Positions 47,295 to 57,347 of a stretch of DNA of 64,000 nucleotides are shown one piece after another (position 1 is the stretch's first letter; the number at the start of each line of letters is the position of its first letter). The notes beneath the pieces were generated by a model. It did not search any database and had not been told where the DNA came from. It saw only the letters and a program-made list of their open reading frames with translations. The stretch spans positions 58,514 to 122,513 of the forward strand of contig JBJEWD010000025.1 of the NCBI GenBank assembly GCA_051884875.1. The letters run 5' to 3'. Source of the stretch: Kiritimatiellia bacterium. GTDB lineage: Bacteria; Verrucomicrobiota; Kiritimatiellia; RFP12; UBA1067. Position numbers and translations under genes: made by a program.

Positions 47295-48119
47295 ATGAAT
47301 AAATTGAAAATGTCGGCAAAGGCGGGTGTAACGCTCGTCGAATTGCTCGTCGTCATCCTCATCGTGACCATTCTTTCGGTGGGCCTTCTCCCGCTGTTGA
47401 AGCCTTATATCGAGCAGTCTAAATATGCTGCCGAAGCACTTCCAACTCTCGGTAATATTCAGACGAAGATTAATCTTTACCAGTATGAGAAAGATAAACT
47501 TCCGTGCACGATAGAAACGACAGATAGCAATGGAGTTAAAACGGAGAGTGCGCAAGATAGCATAGCCTATACATGGGTGTTGGATACCACGAATTCAGAC
47601 GGGAAAGCGCGTGTTTATAAATTAGCAACGGATGCCGGTCTAACGAGCGGGACGGCAAATGTGTCAGATTATGCAGGAAGTGCGCACTTAAAACATTTTG
47701 TTGATGTCGATTGGCAGGATTTGTCGGGTAAGCGCATTAATCCTTCTCAATTCAGCTATCATGTCATAAAAGGAAGCGGTGCCGCTAAGTATGGTTATGC
47801 GATTGGTATTTTTGGCGATGGCGATGGTATTGCCAAGGGTACAGGCTATGCAATCCTTGTTCTGGTCGATACAGCGAGTCAGAGAAAAGTTATTGCCACA
47901 TGGGAACGCTATAAGCCCGTCAGTGATGAAACTGTTATGTTTAAGACAGTTGCTACTGCTTCTACACCATCGGAAGACAAATTTTGTAAGATTCCTACAA
48001 TGAATATGCTTCTCTCCGCAACCGATTCTTCGAGTTGGAGTACTATACTTGAATGGCTGAAGGGTGAAGGCTGGTCATTCAATTTTGATGATATTACGTC
48101 GTCGGCGACTACGCCATAA
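47295..48119 (+). CDS. Prepilin-type N-terminal cleavage/methylation-domain protein (pilin/pseudopilin-like, 274 aa)
   Basis: Contains MNKLKMSAKAG|VTLVELLVVILIVTILSVGLL, with Gly at -1, Glu at +5 and a hydrophobic helix. The gene is low in GC. Confidence 0.8.
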   Translation: MNKLKMSAKAGVTLVELLVVILIVTILSVGLLPLLKPYIEQSKYAAEALPTLGNIQTKINLYQYEKDKLPCTIETTDSNGVKTESAQDSIAYTWVLDTTNSDGKARVYKLATDAGLTSGTANVSDYAGSAHLKHFVDVDWQDLSGKRINPSQFSYHVIKGSGAAKYGYAIGIFGDGDGIAKGTGYAILVLVDTASQRKVIATWERYKPVSDETVMFKTVATASTPSEDKFCKIPTMNMLLSATDSSSWSTILEWLKGEGWSFNFDDITSSATTP

Positions 48120-48129
48120 TCTATATGGG

Positions 48130-48176
48130 ATAAATCACACCCATTCCGACTAAGGTGCGGAATGGGCGTGATTTAT
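48130..48176 (+). terminator. Strong hairpin (18 of 19 bp, 9-nt loop) between the pilin-like gene and the giant gene; possible attenuator or terminator
   Basis: ATAAATCACACCCATTCCG-actaaggtg-CGGAATGGGCGTGATTTAT, followed by tctcaagttatctt. Confidence 0.5.
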
Positions 48177-48207
48177 TCTCAAGTTATCTTGGAAGAGGAG
48201 ATTTAGA

Positions 48208-51200
48208 ATGGGCGCCAAAGCTTTATTCGTTTTGTTGGTTGGGTGTTTGGTTGAAATTAGTTTTGGTGCTATCACTTTCTCGTTTGAAGGCGGAGTTCCA
48301 GCCGATTGGGAAGCGACGTCACAATGGCGATCGTATGCTTTTGACGGTTCTACATATCTTCGCACCAGTATTGCTTCGTCGAACGCCGGGACGACGGGTC
48401 TCGTAAAATCGAATGTATCAGTTGAAGAGGAACTTCTGCCGACATGCAATAATGTTGTTGCGGAAGTTGTTCTGTCAAATACCAAGCCGGTGACCTCCGG
48501 ATTGATTGATAGTTTTCAGGTTGTCATTTCAACCGACAACTGGCAGACGGAAATTCCCGTCGGAGAACCTTTTGAATATTATGATGCGAGTTCAAGCGAC
48601 ACTTGGGCGGTTCATAGGGTTGTCGCGCCAATAGACGGTCTGAGCGATTGCAGCCAGCTTTATGTTGGCTTGCGGGTCATAGCGGCAGGCTGGAGTTCAA
48701 ACTATATTTATGTAAAATCAATTTCCTTTGATTTTCTGTCGGGCGCTACTTGCAGTGATGTCGGGTTTGCAAATGGAATAGAGCCGAAGATCGGGGATCG
48801 GTCTGTAATTGTCCAAGCAACTGTCAATAAAGAGCCTGAAGAGGCCATTTCCGAATTATCGGTTTGGGCGGTTGTCGACAGGAATGGTTTTATCTATACC
48901 AACCAAATGTTCGAGGCGGGGGCAAACGTCTATACCAACGACATTATCGGCGTTGATGCGACGAACAGCGGCAGTCAAGCAATGCCTGCATTGGACGCGG
49001 GCGATTGTGTGAGAGTCGAGGTGCTTACCCGATATGTTTCTTCAATGGGGGCTATCGGCACTCCTGATGAAATAAATCCCGGCGCATATATCGAAACATC
49101 GGCAAATACGATTGATTATCAAGTCGCACAGCAAGGAAGCGTCTGGATCAATGAGTTTACGTTGTCCAAGGTAGAGCTGTGCGGAACCACGAATCGTTAT
49201 TATATGCCGGGGTGGAAACTGGTGTTGTTGGACGGTTCTTCTGCAATCGCAGCTGAAAAAGTCTTTGAAGAGGCGTTTGATTTCTCGGCAAACATGCCGA
49301 ATAAAATGGTTGGTCTCTTGGTGTATGATCTTGCTTGGAAAATGGGAACCTTGAATAATCCATACTCCCTCCAGTTGGTCAATTCGGCGGGGATAGTGGA
49401 ACATCGGTGTGATAATCTGATATTGTCCGGCGGTGACAGTATTTTCGGCATGACCGGCATTGCGGATTGGCCGGAAGAAGGCGAGGCTTATGATTGGAGC
49501 GGCACCGCCACCAATGGTACATTCAGATTTGCGGCTATTGGAAATGAGACGTTCGGGAAATTGAACGACGGTCAATATTTCGAGATAGAAAATACCGGTT
49601 GGTTCAGTGTCAATACGTATATACCGATAAAAGACGGAGTGACGCCGGGCTTTCAATATGCTAATGTGGATTATGCTCTGGATTTCTCGGGTGGAGCGAT
49701 AAATGGTGCGTTGCAGACAGGCGAGAATGGTTCCACGCCAATTGTCGAATTTACCGGAACGCATACAAATTTGGAATCGGTAGTTGCGGAGTTTGACGTT
49801 TCGGCATTTGGTTGGTTGTCGGATCCTGTTACATATAATTTGAACTTCGGAATGACAAGCGACAGCAATAATGTGGTTTTGAGTCCGACAATTGCAAAGG
49901 ATGATTTTTCGGATGGGAAACTGGGGATTTATTGGGAAAATACAGGAACCAGAACGTTCAAATATGGTAGTGCCGACGACAATGGGTTCGCAAGATTCGA
50001 TTCAAGGACTGCCAACAATGGCAGCCATTACGCCGTGATTCGTTGCAGCAACCCCGTAATGACGAGAGGGAAGTCAAATGCATCTGTGTCATTTTCGGTG
50101 ATGAATTATGTCTACGGTGACATGAATGCTATCGATTATGCTTATGTGCAGATAGCCACCAATATAGATTTTTCCACTGAATCGATAATTGTACAATCGG
50201 CATCGGTCTCGAATAAAATAACGGGGGTTGCAACGGGTGTTTGGAATAAAGGAAAAACAGTTGTAAAACTTCCCGGAGAAATCGATGAATCGATACCTCT
50301 GTATGTGAGAATAAGGGGTGAGGCTGGAGGCTGGAGTTCAGCGTATTTGGATGTTGACGATTTGAAAATAGCGTTTCAGGATGTGGCGATGCCGACCGAT
50401 TTGAGGTTGACGGCAGACGAGTTGAAGCATGGAGGAATCACGGGATTCGAGTTGGATGTTCTGCCGCAAACCGCAGATAAAGTGGCGGATGTTTCGGCCG
50501 ATTTGCATTTGACTTTGAATGGTGTGGAGCAGGTGATTCCCTTTGCGTTTCCGAATTCGGAGTGCGTGACGAATGACCTCTCGCTGGTGGAGGGTGAGGC
50601 GAAGCCCGTGACGCTGAGCATCTCCGGGGAGGCGCTGGCGGACGCCTTGGGCGGACCGTTCCTGTCGGGTGACGAAGTGTCGTACTACGCGGCCGTTCAC
50701 TACGATGCCGCCAATGGCGCGACAGATCCGGCGGAGCGGTACGAGACGCGCTTCTTCCCGGATAACAGCACCACGAGCGAGATCGACGGGACCACCTACT
50801 GGGTGGTCGAAGGCGATTATGGAGTTGCCGCCGACCTGTCGGCCAACACGTTCACGGTTTCGGGGGCGCCGCTGAGCTGCATAGGCGAGCCGGTGGTGAC
50901 CACCGATGGCGTGAGTTTCGATTTGCACGGCTATGCGGCGGCGGGAATTACCAATCTGACCGTTTCCCTCAACGGCAAAGACTACGCGCCCTTTGAGGGA
51001 CTGGAGACCAACGCGCAGGTGCGGGTGACCGGCTCGTTTGCGCTGCCGGAGTCGGACAAGCTGGACGCGAATACGGAATATGTCGTCACAATTGCCGCGA
51101 CCGACGCGAATGGCGAGGCAATCGAGCCGTCGGTGTTTACGATCGTCACCCTTCCGACGGTGACGGGAGCGACGATTACGGGACTGTCGGCGGACACGGT

Positions 51201-54200
51201 GAGGCTCACGGTGAGCGGCAACGCGGCGGGATTTGTGGCGCCGGCGGAATGGACGCAGACGGGCGCCCGCGCGTGGGAGCGTTCGGGCATTGCGCCCAAT
51301 ACGCGCGTCGAGGCGACGGTCTTCGCGACGAACCAGGTCGGCGCGGCGAGCGTCGGGTCGGTGACGGCTGCGGGCTACACGCTCGCGGCGGTTGCGACCA
51401 AGGCGCCGGTGATCGAAAAAGGCGTGACCACGGTGACGGTGGGCGCCGATCACACGGCTTCGGCCGACGGCAATCCCGAAGCGACCGAATACGCGGTTCG
51501 GGTGACGACGAGCGCGGGCGGCGAGGCGACCTCGGCGTGGAAGACGCTGACCCAATGGCGGGACGCGCCCGAAACCTTCGCCGCGCCGATGATCGATCTC
51601 ACAGCGACGAACTTCTTCAGCTTTGTCACGCGCAATGCGGACGGCGCGGTGACGGCGAACCCGACGCCCGTGACCACCAACTGCTGGTTCGAGATGACGG
51701 CCCAGTTCGAGCCGGAGAGCGTCGTTCAGGTCGCCGAGCCGTATGGCACGGTTCGGCTGGGCCTCGCCTTCAGCGATCCCGCGCAGGGTGCGGATGCCAC
51801 GGCGACCGTCGAGTACAAGCTTGGCGCGGAGGGCGCGTGGACGCCGCTGTGCGCCGACTTCGACGTCGTCTTCGACGAACAGCTGTCGATGACGACGAAT
51901 CTCGCCTGGGACGCTTGGACGGCTGTCGGCGGGATTGCCGGCACCTACGCCTACACGCTCCGTACGCGCGTGGTTTCGGGTGCGCGCGCATCCGAATGGG
52001 CGGAGGTCGCCGACACGCTTGATTTTGCCGCCCCGACAGGCCTGGTCCTCTCCGGAACACCCGCCTCGGGCGCGGTGACGGCGGAGGCGGCGGTCAGCCT
52101 CGCGGCGACGGCGACGGATGCGGCGGCTGTGACGTATCACTGGACGTTCAACGGGGTCGAGTCGACGGGCGCGATGCTGACGGGCACGGCGCAGGAGGGC
52201 GCGAACGAGGTGCGCGTCTATGCGGTGGACGCGCTGGGCAACCGTGGTGAACCGGTTGTCTACACGTGGACGCTCGACACGACGGCGCCGACGGGTCTCA
52301 CCATTTCCGGCACGCCCGCGCCGGGCGCGGTGACGGCGGAGGCGGCGGTCAGCCTCGCGGCGACGGCGACGGATGCGACGGCCGTGACGTATCACTGGAC
52401 GTTCAACGGCGTCGAGTCGACGGGCGCGACGCTGACGGGTACGGCGCAGGAGGGCGCGAACGAGGCGAGCGTCTGCGCGGTGGACGCGGCGGGCAACACG
52501 TCGGCGACGGTGACGCGCACGTGGACGCTCGACACGACGGCCCCGACGGATCTCACCATTTCCGGCACGCCTGCGCCGGGCGCGCTCACCGCTGCGCCGG
52601 CGGTTGAACTGACGGCGGCGGCGACGGACGCGACGGCCGTGACGTATCACTGGACGTTCAACGGCGTCGAATCGACGGGCGAGACGCTGACGGGTACGGC
52701 GCGGGAGGGCGCGAACGAGGCGAGCGTCTGCGCGGTGGACGCGGCGGGCAACACATCGGCGGCGGTGACGCGCACGTGGACGCTCGACACGACGGCGCCG
52801 ACGGGCCTCACCATCTCCGGCACGCCCGCGCCGGGCGCGGTGACGGCGGAGGCGGCGTTCAGCCTCGCGGCGACGGCGACGGACGCGACAGCCGTGACGT
52901 ATCACTGGACGTTCAACGGCGTCGAGTCGACGGGCGCGACGCTGACGGGCACGGCGCGGGAGGGCGCGAACACGGCGAGCGTCTGCGCGGTGGACGCGGC
53001 GGGCAACACGTCGGCGGCGGTGACGCGCACGTGGACGCTCGACACGACGGCGCCGACGCGGCCGGTCATCGGCGGCGAACCGGCAGCAGACGGCACCACG
53101 AACGCAAAGGAGTTTCGCTTCTTCGCCGAATCGACGGACGCGACAGCCGTGACGTATCACTGGACGTTCGACGGGGTCGAGTCGACGGGCGCGACGCTGG
53201 CGGGTACGGCGCAGGAGGGCGCGAACACGGTGAGCGTCTACGCGGTGGATGCGGCGGGCAACACGTCGGAGACGGCGACGCGGAGCTGGACGGTGGATAC
53301 GGTCGCGCCGACGGTGGTGCTCGCGAGCGCGTCGCCGGCGTATCTCAAGGAAGGGGAGACGCTGACGGTGACGGCGACGTTCAGCGAAGCGGTGACGGGC
53401 TTCACGGCGGCGGCGGTGACGGTCGTGAACGGCACGGCGCAGGTCTCCGGGTCCGGTGCGGTCTATGCGATTGTGGTTTCGCCGACGGCTGACGGCGCGG
53501 TCTCCGTGCGGATTGCCGCCGACGCGGTGACGGATTTGGCCGGCAACGGCAACGCGGCGTCGGCGATGCTCACGCGCACGTACGACACCACCGCGCCGGA
53601 GGTGACGCTCACGCGCGTGACGGCGGAGCGGTTCAACACGGCGCCGATGACGGTCTTGGTCGAGCTGAGCGAACGCGTGACGAACGATTTCACTCTGGCG
53701 GCGCTGGTGGTCGAGAACGGCACGATCGCGGCGATCGAAGCGGTGGCGGACACGCCCAATGCCTATCAGGTGGCGGTGACGCCGGTGGAAGAGGGCGAAG
53801 TCTCGGTCCAGGTGGCGGCGAACACGCTCTTCGACGTGGTGGGCCACGGCAACGCGGCTTCGGCGAAACTCGCGTGCATCTACGACGTGACGAAGCCCAC
53901 GGTCGAGTTAGCGAGCGAAACGCCCGATCCGTTCAAGGCGGGCTCGGTGTTTACGCTGGTTGCGACGTTCAGCGAGGCGGTGACGAACTTCACGGCGGAG
54001 GCGGTGACGGTCGTGAACGGCACGGCGAAGGTCGCGGGCTCGGGGGCGGCCTATACCATCGCCGTCACGCCGGAGGAAGACGGCGAGGTCTCCGTGCGGA
54101 TTGCCGCCGATGCGGTCGCCGACGCGGCGGGCAACGGCAACGAACCGTCGGAGGCGGTCGTGCGCGTGTATGATGCGACGCGGCCGTCCGTGACGCTCGC

Positions 54201-55425
54201 GAGCGAGACGCGCGATCCGTTCAACGGTACGGACGTCTTCACCGTCGTGGCGGCATTCAGCGAGGCGGTGACGAACTTCACGGCGGCGGCGGTGACGGCG
54301 GGCAATGGGACGGTCGGCGAGGTCGTGCCGTTGACTGGAGAGGACTACACGAACGCCTATTCCTTCGTGGTGACGCCGGAGCACGACGGCGAGGTGACGG
54401 TGGCGATCGCGGCCGATGCGGTGACGGATTTGGCCGGCAATGGCAATGCGGCGTCGGAAACGCTCGTGCGCACCTGCGACGTGACGCCGCCGACGGTGAC
54501 CTTCACCTCGTCGACGACGGAATACTTCAACGCCGACAACACCACCTTGACCGTCACCGCCACGTTCTCCGAGCCGATTGCCGAAGAAGTTTCGGCGGAC
54601 GCCTTCGACGTGAGGAACGGGAAGATCGACGTCTTCTCGGGCAGCGGAAAGGTCTATGCGCTGACGCTCGTTCCCGACGGCGAAGGCGAGATTGCGGTGC
54701 GGCTGAAGGCCGGTGTCGTGACGGACGCGGCGGATAATGCGAACGTCGAATCCGGAGAGTTCGTCAGGGTCAACGACACGACCAGTCCGACGGACCTTGC
54801 GGTCTCCGGCGTGCCGCAGGGCGAGACGAGCGAGCGGAGCTGCCGCCTCGTGGCGTCGGCGACGGACAAGAGTCCCGTGCGGTATCAATGGATGGTGCTC
54901 TTCAACGGTGTGCGCGTCGCCATGACCACGACGGCGGAGGGTGTCGCATTCGAACGCGAGTTTGATGGCGCGGGTACCGTTCGAATCGTTGTCCAGCCCA
55001 TCGACGCGGCCAACAATTACGGCGAGCAGAAGAGCTTCACCTGGACGATTGCGGAGGGCGGCGAAAGCGAGTTCTCGGATGTCGCGTTTGGCGACGACGT
55101 CAGTCTCCCGGTCGATTCGGAGACGGGGGCGACGAACCGCGTGACGTTCACGTCCGTCGCGTTCAGGCCGGGCGCGGAGAGCACGTTCACCCTGCAGGGC
55201 TTTGCCGCCAAGCAGACCGAGATCGCCAATCTCAACATGTGGCTGGTCGTCAGGGAGACGTTGGCGGGACCGTCGTGGCGGGTCGCCCTCGAGGCGACGG
55301 CGACCTACGATGCGGCGGCGGGAACCCTGACGGTGACGCTGCCGGCGACGGCGCTGCAGCGCGCGGATGGCACGCCGTTTGGCTCGCTCTTCATCACGGG
55401 CATTGACAATCAGAATCAGGAATGA
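48208..55425 (+). CDS. Giant secreted surface protein (2405 aa): N-terminal beta-sandwich-like modules followed by bacterial Ig-like repeat arrays
   Basis: GGAG lies upstream of the ATG. Signal-like N-terminus MGAKALFVLLVGCLVEISFGA. It contains five near-identical 85-aa repeats, five repeats of 96-102 aa (FSE(A/P)V...NG...V.P..(D/E)GEV.V...A..V.D.AGN.N), and one diverged 85-aa-type unit. Confidence 0.9.
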   Translation: MGAKALFVLLVGCLVEISFGAITFSFEGGVPADWEATSQWRSYAFDGSTYLRTSIASSNAGTTGLVKSNVSVEEELLPTCNNVVAEVVLSNTKPVTSGLIDSFQVVISTDNWQTEIPVGEPFEYYDASSSDTWAVHRVVAPIDGLSDCSQLYVGLRVIAAGWSSNYIYVKSISFDFLSGATCSDVGFANGIEPKIGDRSVIVQATVNKEPEEAISELSVWAVVDRNGFIYTNQMFEAGANVYTNDIIGVDATNSGSQAMPALDAGDCVRVEVLTRYVSSMGAIGTPDEINPGAYIETSANTIDYQVAQQGSVWINEFTLSKVELCGTTNRYYMPGWKLVLLDGSSAIAAEKVFEEAFDFSANMPNKMVGLLVYDLAWKMGTLNNPYSLQLVNSAGIVEHRCDNLILSGGDSIFGMTGIADWPEEGEAYDWSGTATNGTFRFAAIGNETFGKLNDGQYFEIENTGWFSVNTYIPIKDGVTPGFQYANVDYALDFSGGAINGALQTGENGSTPIVEFTGTHTNLESVVAEFDVSAFGWLSDPVTYNLNFGMTSDSNNVVLSPTIAKDDFSDGKLGIYWENTGTRTFKYGSADDNGFARFDSRTANNGSHYAVIRCSNPVMTRGKSNASVSFSVMNYVYGDMNAIDYAYVQIATNIDFSTESIIVQSASVSNKITGVATGVWNKGKTVVKLPGEIDESIPLYVRIRGEAGGWSSAYLDVDDLKIAFQDVAMPTDLRLTADELKHGGITGFELDVLPQTADKVADVSADLHLTLNGVEQVIPFAFPNSECVTNDLSLVEGEAKPVTLSISGEALADALGGPFLSGDEVSYYAAVHYDAANGATDPAERYETRFFPDNSTTSEIDGTTYWVVEGDYGVAADLSANTFTVSGAPLSCIGEPVVTTDGVSFDLHGYAAAGITNLTVSLNGKDYAPFEGLETNAQVRVTGSFALPESDKLDANTEYVVTIAATDANGEAIEPSVFTIVTLPTVTGATITGLSADTVRLTVSGNAAGFVAPAEWTQTGARAWERSGIAPNTRVEATVFATNQVGAASVGSVTAAGYTLAAVATKAPVIEKGVTTVTVGADHTASADGNPEATEYAVRVTTSAGGEATSAWKTLTQWRDAPETFAAPMIDLTATNFFSFVTRNADGAVTANPTPVTTNCWFEMTAQFEPESVVQVAEPYGTVRLGLAFSDPAQGADATATVEYKLGAEGAWTPLCADFDVVFDEQLSMTTNLAWDAWTAVGGIAGTYAYTLRTRVVSGARASEWAEVADTLDFAAPTGLVLSGTPASGAVTAEAAVSLAATATDAAAVTYHWTFNGVESTGAMLTGTAQEGANEVRVYAVDALGNRGEPVVYTWTLDTTAPTGLTISGTPAPGAVTAEAAVSLAATATDATAVTYHWTFNGVESTGATLTGTAQEGANEASVCAVDAAGNTSATVTRTWTLDTTAPTDLTISGTPAPGALTAAPAVELTAAATDATAVTYHWTFNGVESTGETLTGTAREGANEASVCAVDAAGNTSAAVTRTWTLDTTAPTGLTISGTPAPGAVTAEAAFSLAATATDATAVTYHWTFNGVESTGATLTGTAREGANTASVCAVDAAGNTSAAVTRTWTLDTTAPTRPVIGGEPAADGTTNAKEFRFFAESTDATAVTYHWTFDGVESTGATLAGTAQEGANTVSVYAVDAAGNTSETATRSWTVDTVAPTVVLASASPAYLKEGETLTVTATFSEAVTGFTAAAVTVVNGTAQVSGSGAVYAIVVSPTADGAVSVRIAADAVTDLAGNGNAASAMLTRTYDTTAPEVTLTRVTAERFNTAPMTVLVELSERVTNDFTLAALVVENGTIAAIEAVADTPNAYQVAVTPVEEGEVSVQVAANTLFDVVGHGNAASAKLACIYDVTKPTVELASETPDPFKAGSVFTLVATFSEAVTNFTAEAVTVVNGTAKVAGSGAAYTIAVTPEEDGEVSVRIAADAVADAAGNGNEPSEAVVRVYDATRPSVTLASETRDPFNGTDVFTVVAAFSEAVTNFTAAAVTAGNGTVGEVVPLTGEDYTNAYSFVVTPEHDGEVTVAIAADAVTDLAGNGNAASETLVRTCDVTPPTVTFTSSTTEYFNADNTTLTVTATFSEPIAEEVSADAFDVRNGKIDVFSGSGKVYALTLVPDGEGEIAVRLKAGVVTDAADNANVESGEFVRVNDTTSPTDLAVSGVPQGETSERSCRLVASATDKSPVRYQWMVLFNGVRVAMTTTAEGVAFEREFDGAGTVRIVVQPIDAANNYGEQKSFTWTIAEGGESEFSDVAFGDDVSLPVDSETGATNRVTFTSVAFRPGAESTFTLQGFAAKQTEIANLNMWLVVRETLAGPSWRVALEATATYDAAAGTLTVTLPATALQRADGTPFGSLFITGIDNQNQE
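52030..53304 (+). repeat. Five tandem 255-bp coding repeats (85-aa Ig-like units)
   Basis: Units start at 52030, 52285, 52540, 52795 and 53050. The motif is APTGLTISGTPAPGAVTAEAA.SLAATATDATAVTYHWTFNGVESTG.... Confidence 0.9.
53305..54783 (+). repeat. Five tandem diverged coding repeats of about 290-305 bp (96-102-aa Ig-like units)
   Basis: Unit lengths counted from the translation are 96, 100, 96, 102 and 99 aa. Confidence 0.8.
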
Positions 55426-55445
55426 CAAGGAAAGGGAACCGAAGC

Positions 55446-56171
55446 ATGACGATCAAACGATTGACGATAGCGGGCCTCGCGCTGGCGCTGGCGCCATGTG
55501 CCGCCTGGGCCGATGGCGTGTCGCGGACGGTCGAGCCGATCGCGGGCGGATGCAGGGTGACGCTGGCCTGGAGTTTCACCGGGCATATCGAATCCGACCT
55601 GATCATTGAGGAACGGCTGGCGGCGGGATGGACCGTCGACGCGTCGACGGTTCCGCTCGATTCGCTGGACGCGAGTTGGTTCTCGGGTTCCGTGGCGCGT
55701 TTTGCCGTGAAGCCGACCGCGCTGGCTACGGCGGGGTCGATTGCGTTCACCGTGGTGGCGGGCGAAGGCGCCGGGACGGGCACCGTCAACGGCGACTGGA
55801 AGCTGTACATGGACGACGCGCTCCGGAAGGGTGGCGTGACGGGCGACGGGACTCTCGCGACGATCGCCGCGGCGGAGGATGGCGCGAACGGCACGGGCGG
55901 CACGGCTTCGGGCCAGGAGGGCGCGACGGTGACGGAGACGAAAGTCGCGATCGCCGCCTTCAAGCTGACGTCGGGCGGCGGCTGCGAGCTGTCGTACGCC
56001 GACCTCGCCAAGGCGGGGACGCTGGTGGTGGAAGGCTGCGAAGCCCTGGGCGGCGCGTGGCGCGAACTCAAGCGCACGGTCGTTGCGGATGCCGGCGGTA
56101 CGGTGGTTCTTGAAACGGATGAAGTCGGCGCCTGCCGCTTCATGCGAATGAAACTGGTAACGGAGGAATAA
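55446..56171 (+). CDS. Secreted hypothetical protein (about 241 aa)
   Basis: Track ORF 55422..56171 (its ATGA overlaps the giant gene's stop). The ATG at 55446 has AAGGAAAGGGA upstream and gives the signal peptide MTIKRLTIAGLALALAPCAAWA. Confidence 0.7.
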   Translation: MTIKRLTIAGLALALAPCAAWADGVSRTVEPIAGGCRVTLAWSFTGHIESDLIIEERLAAGWTVDASTVPLDSLDASWFSGSVARFAVKPTALATAGSIAFTVVAGEGAGTGTVNGDWKLYMDDALRKGGVTGDGTLATIAAAEDGANGTGGTASGQEGATVTETKVAIAAFKLTSGGGCELSYADLAKAGTLVVEGCEALGGAWRELKRTVVADAGGTVVLETDEVGACRFMRMKLVTEE

Positions 56172-56174
56172 GCG

Positions 56175-57329
56175 ATGCGTGCGTTGGGTTGTGTTGTGTT
56201 GGTTTCGCTCGTCGGCGCGGCGTGGGCCGAAGAGAGCATGGAGAAGACGCTGGTTGAGGAGAACGCGGAAAAAGCCTGGCATTTCCGCATCGGTCCGGTG
56301 ATGTCGCCGCGCGTGCGCACCCGCGTCCGGGGGCCGCGGCCGTCGTTGATCATACCTCCGGTTCCGGACTACTCGCAGTCCGGCGAGACGCTCGGGTCCA
56401 TCGCGGCCGATCCGTCCGCCGGCTATGTCGATCGCACGTATGCGAACGGCTACGTCAGGCCGGACGAAGGCACGGCGGACGACAATTCCATGACGCCGGG
56501 CCTGACCTGGAACTGGGGTGCGGATGACGTCGGCGGACAGTATGCGAACGGTACGATGGAGTTCCGCACCGGCGTGACGCGCTGGACGGAAACGGTCTCG
56601 TCGTCCGCCTATGGCATGGACTCGTCCTCGGCGAGCGACCGCGACATCCTGCTGGGTGTGGAGGCGATGGGCGGCTGGACGTTCTTCGACGATGGCGCGT
56701 TCGACGCCGCCCTCGACGCCGGCTTCCGCTTCTACGGCAGCGGCGATCTGAGCACCTCGTCGCGATACGGCACGTCGGTGACGACGACCCGGGAGGAGTA
56801 CCGTTACGTGGACAGTTACGACGCCTCGGGCTGGACGACGGTTCCGAGCGGGCCGCATAACGGTTCGGAAACGGGGCCGGATGCGTTGATCGGTGCAACG
56901 CCGACGCGGCGCGAGGAGCTGGCGGGCTACAGCACGGCGACCGAGCGCTACGATTACCGCGGACGTACGAAGCTTGACTACCGCATTTGGGATTTGCGGC
57001 TCGGCCCGACGGTGGGGTGGAAGGCGACGGATTGCCTGACGATCCGCGGCGGCGTCTACGGGCTTATCGGCCTCGTGGATGCGACACTGAAGACGGAATA
57101 CCAGAGTGCGGACGGCATCTACCGCGCGAAGCATTCCAAGTGCTCGGCGGTCTTCGGCATGGCGGCGAGCCTTTCGGCGCAGGTCAACCTCACCGACTGC
57201 CTGTTCCTGCTGGGAGGAGTGGAATACGACTGGTGGACGGATTCGACGAGCCTGCATGCCGGCGGCGCGGACGCCAAGATCGAACTGAGCGACATGTCGG
57301 TGTCGCTCGCGGTGGGCATTGAGTTTTGA
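56175..57329 (+). CDS. Putative outer-membrane beta-barrel protein (384 aa)
   Basis: GGAGGA lies 6 nt upstream of the ATG. Signal peptide MRALGCVVLVSLVGAAWA. Aromatic/Gly-rich alternating pattern. The C-terminus ...VSLAVGIEF ends in Phe. Confidence 0.6.
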   Translation: MRALGCVVLVSLVGAAWAEESMEKTLVEENAEKAWHFRIGPVMSPRVRTRVRGPRPSLIIPPVPDYSQSGETLGSIAADPSAGYVDRTYANGYVRPDEGTADDNSMTPGLTWNWGADDVGGQYANGTMEFRTGVTRWTETVSSSAYGMDSSSASDRDILLGVEAMGGWTFFDDGAFDAALDAGFRFYGSGDLSTSSRYGTSVTTTREEYRYVDSYDASGWTTVPSGPHNGSETGPDALIGATPTRREELAGYSTATERYDYRGRTKLDYRIWDLRLGPTVGWKATDCLTIRGGVYGLIGLVDATLKTEYQSADGIYRAKHSKCSAVFGMAASLSAQVNLTDCLFLLGGVEYDWWTDSTSLHAGGADAKIELSDMSVSLAVGIEF

Positions 57330-57347
57330 GCGTGAGGAGTGAAGACG

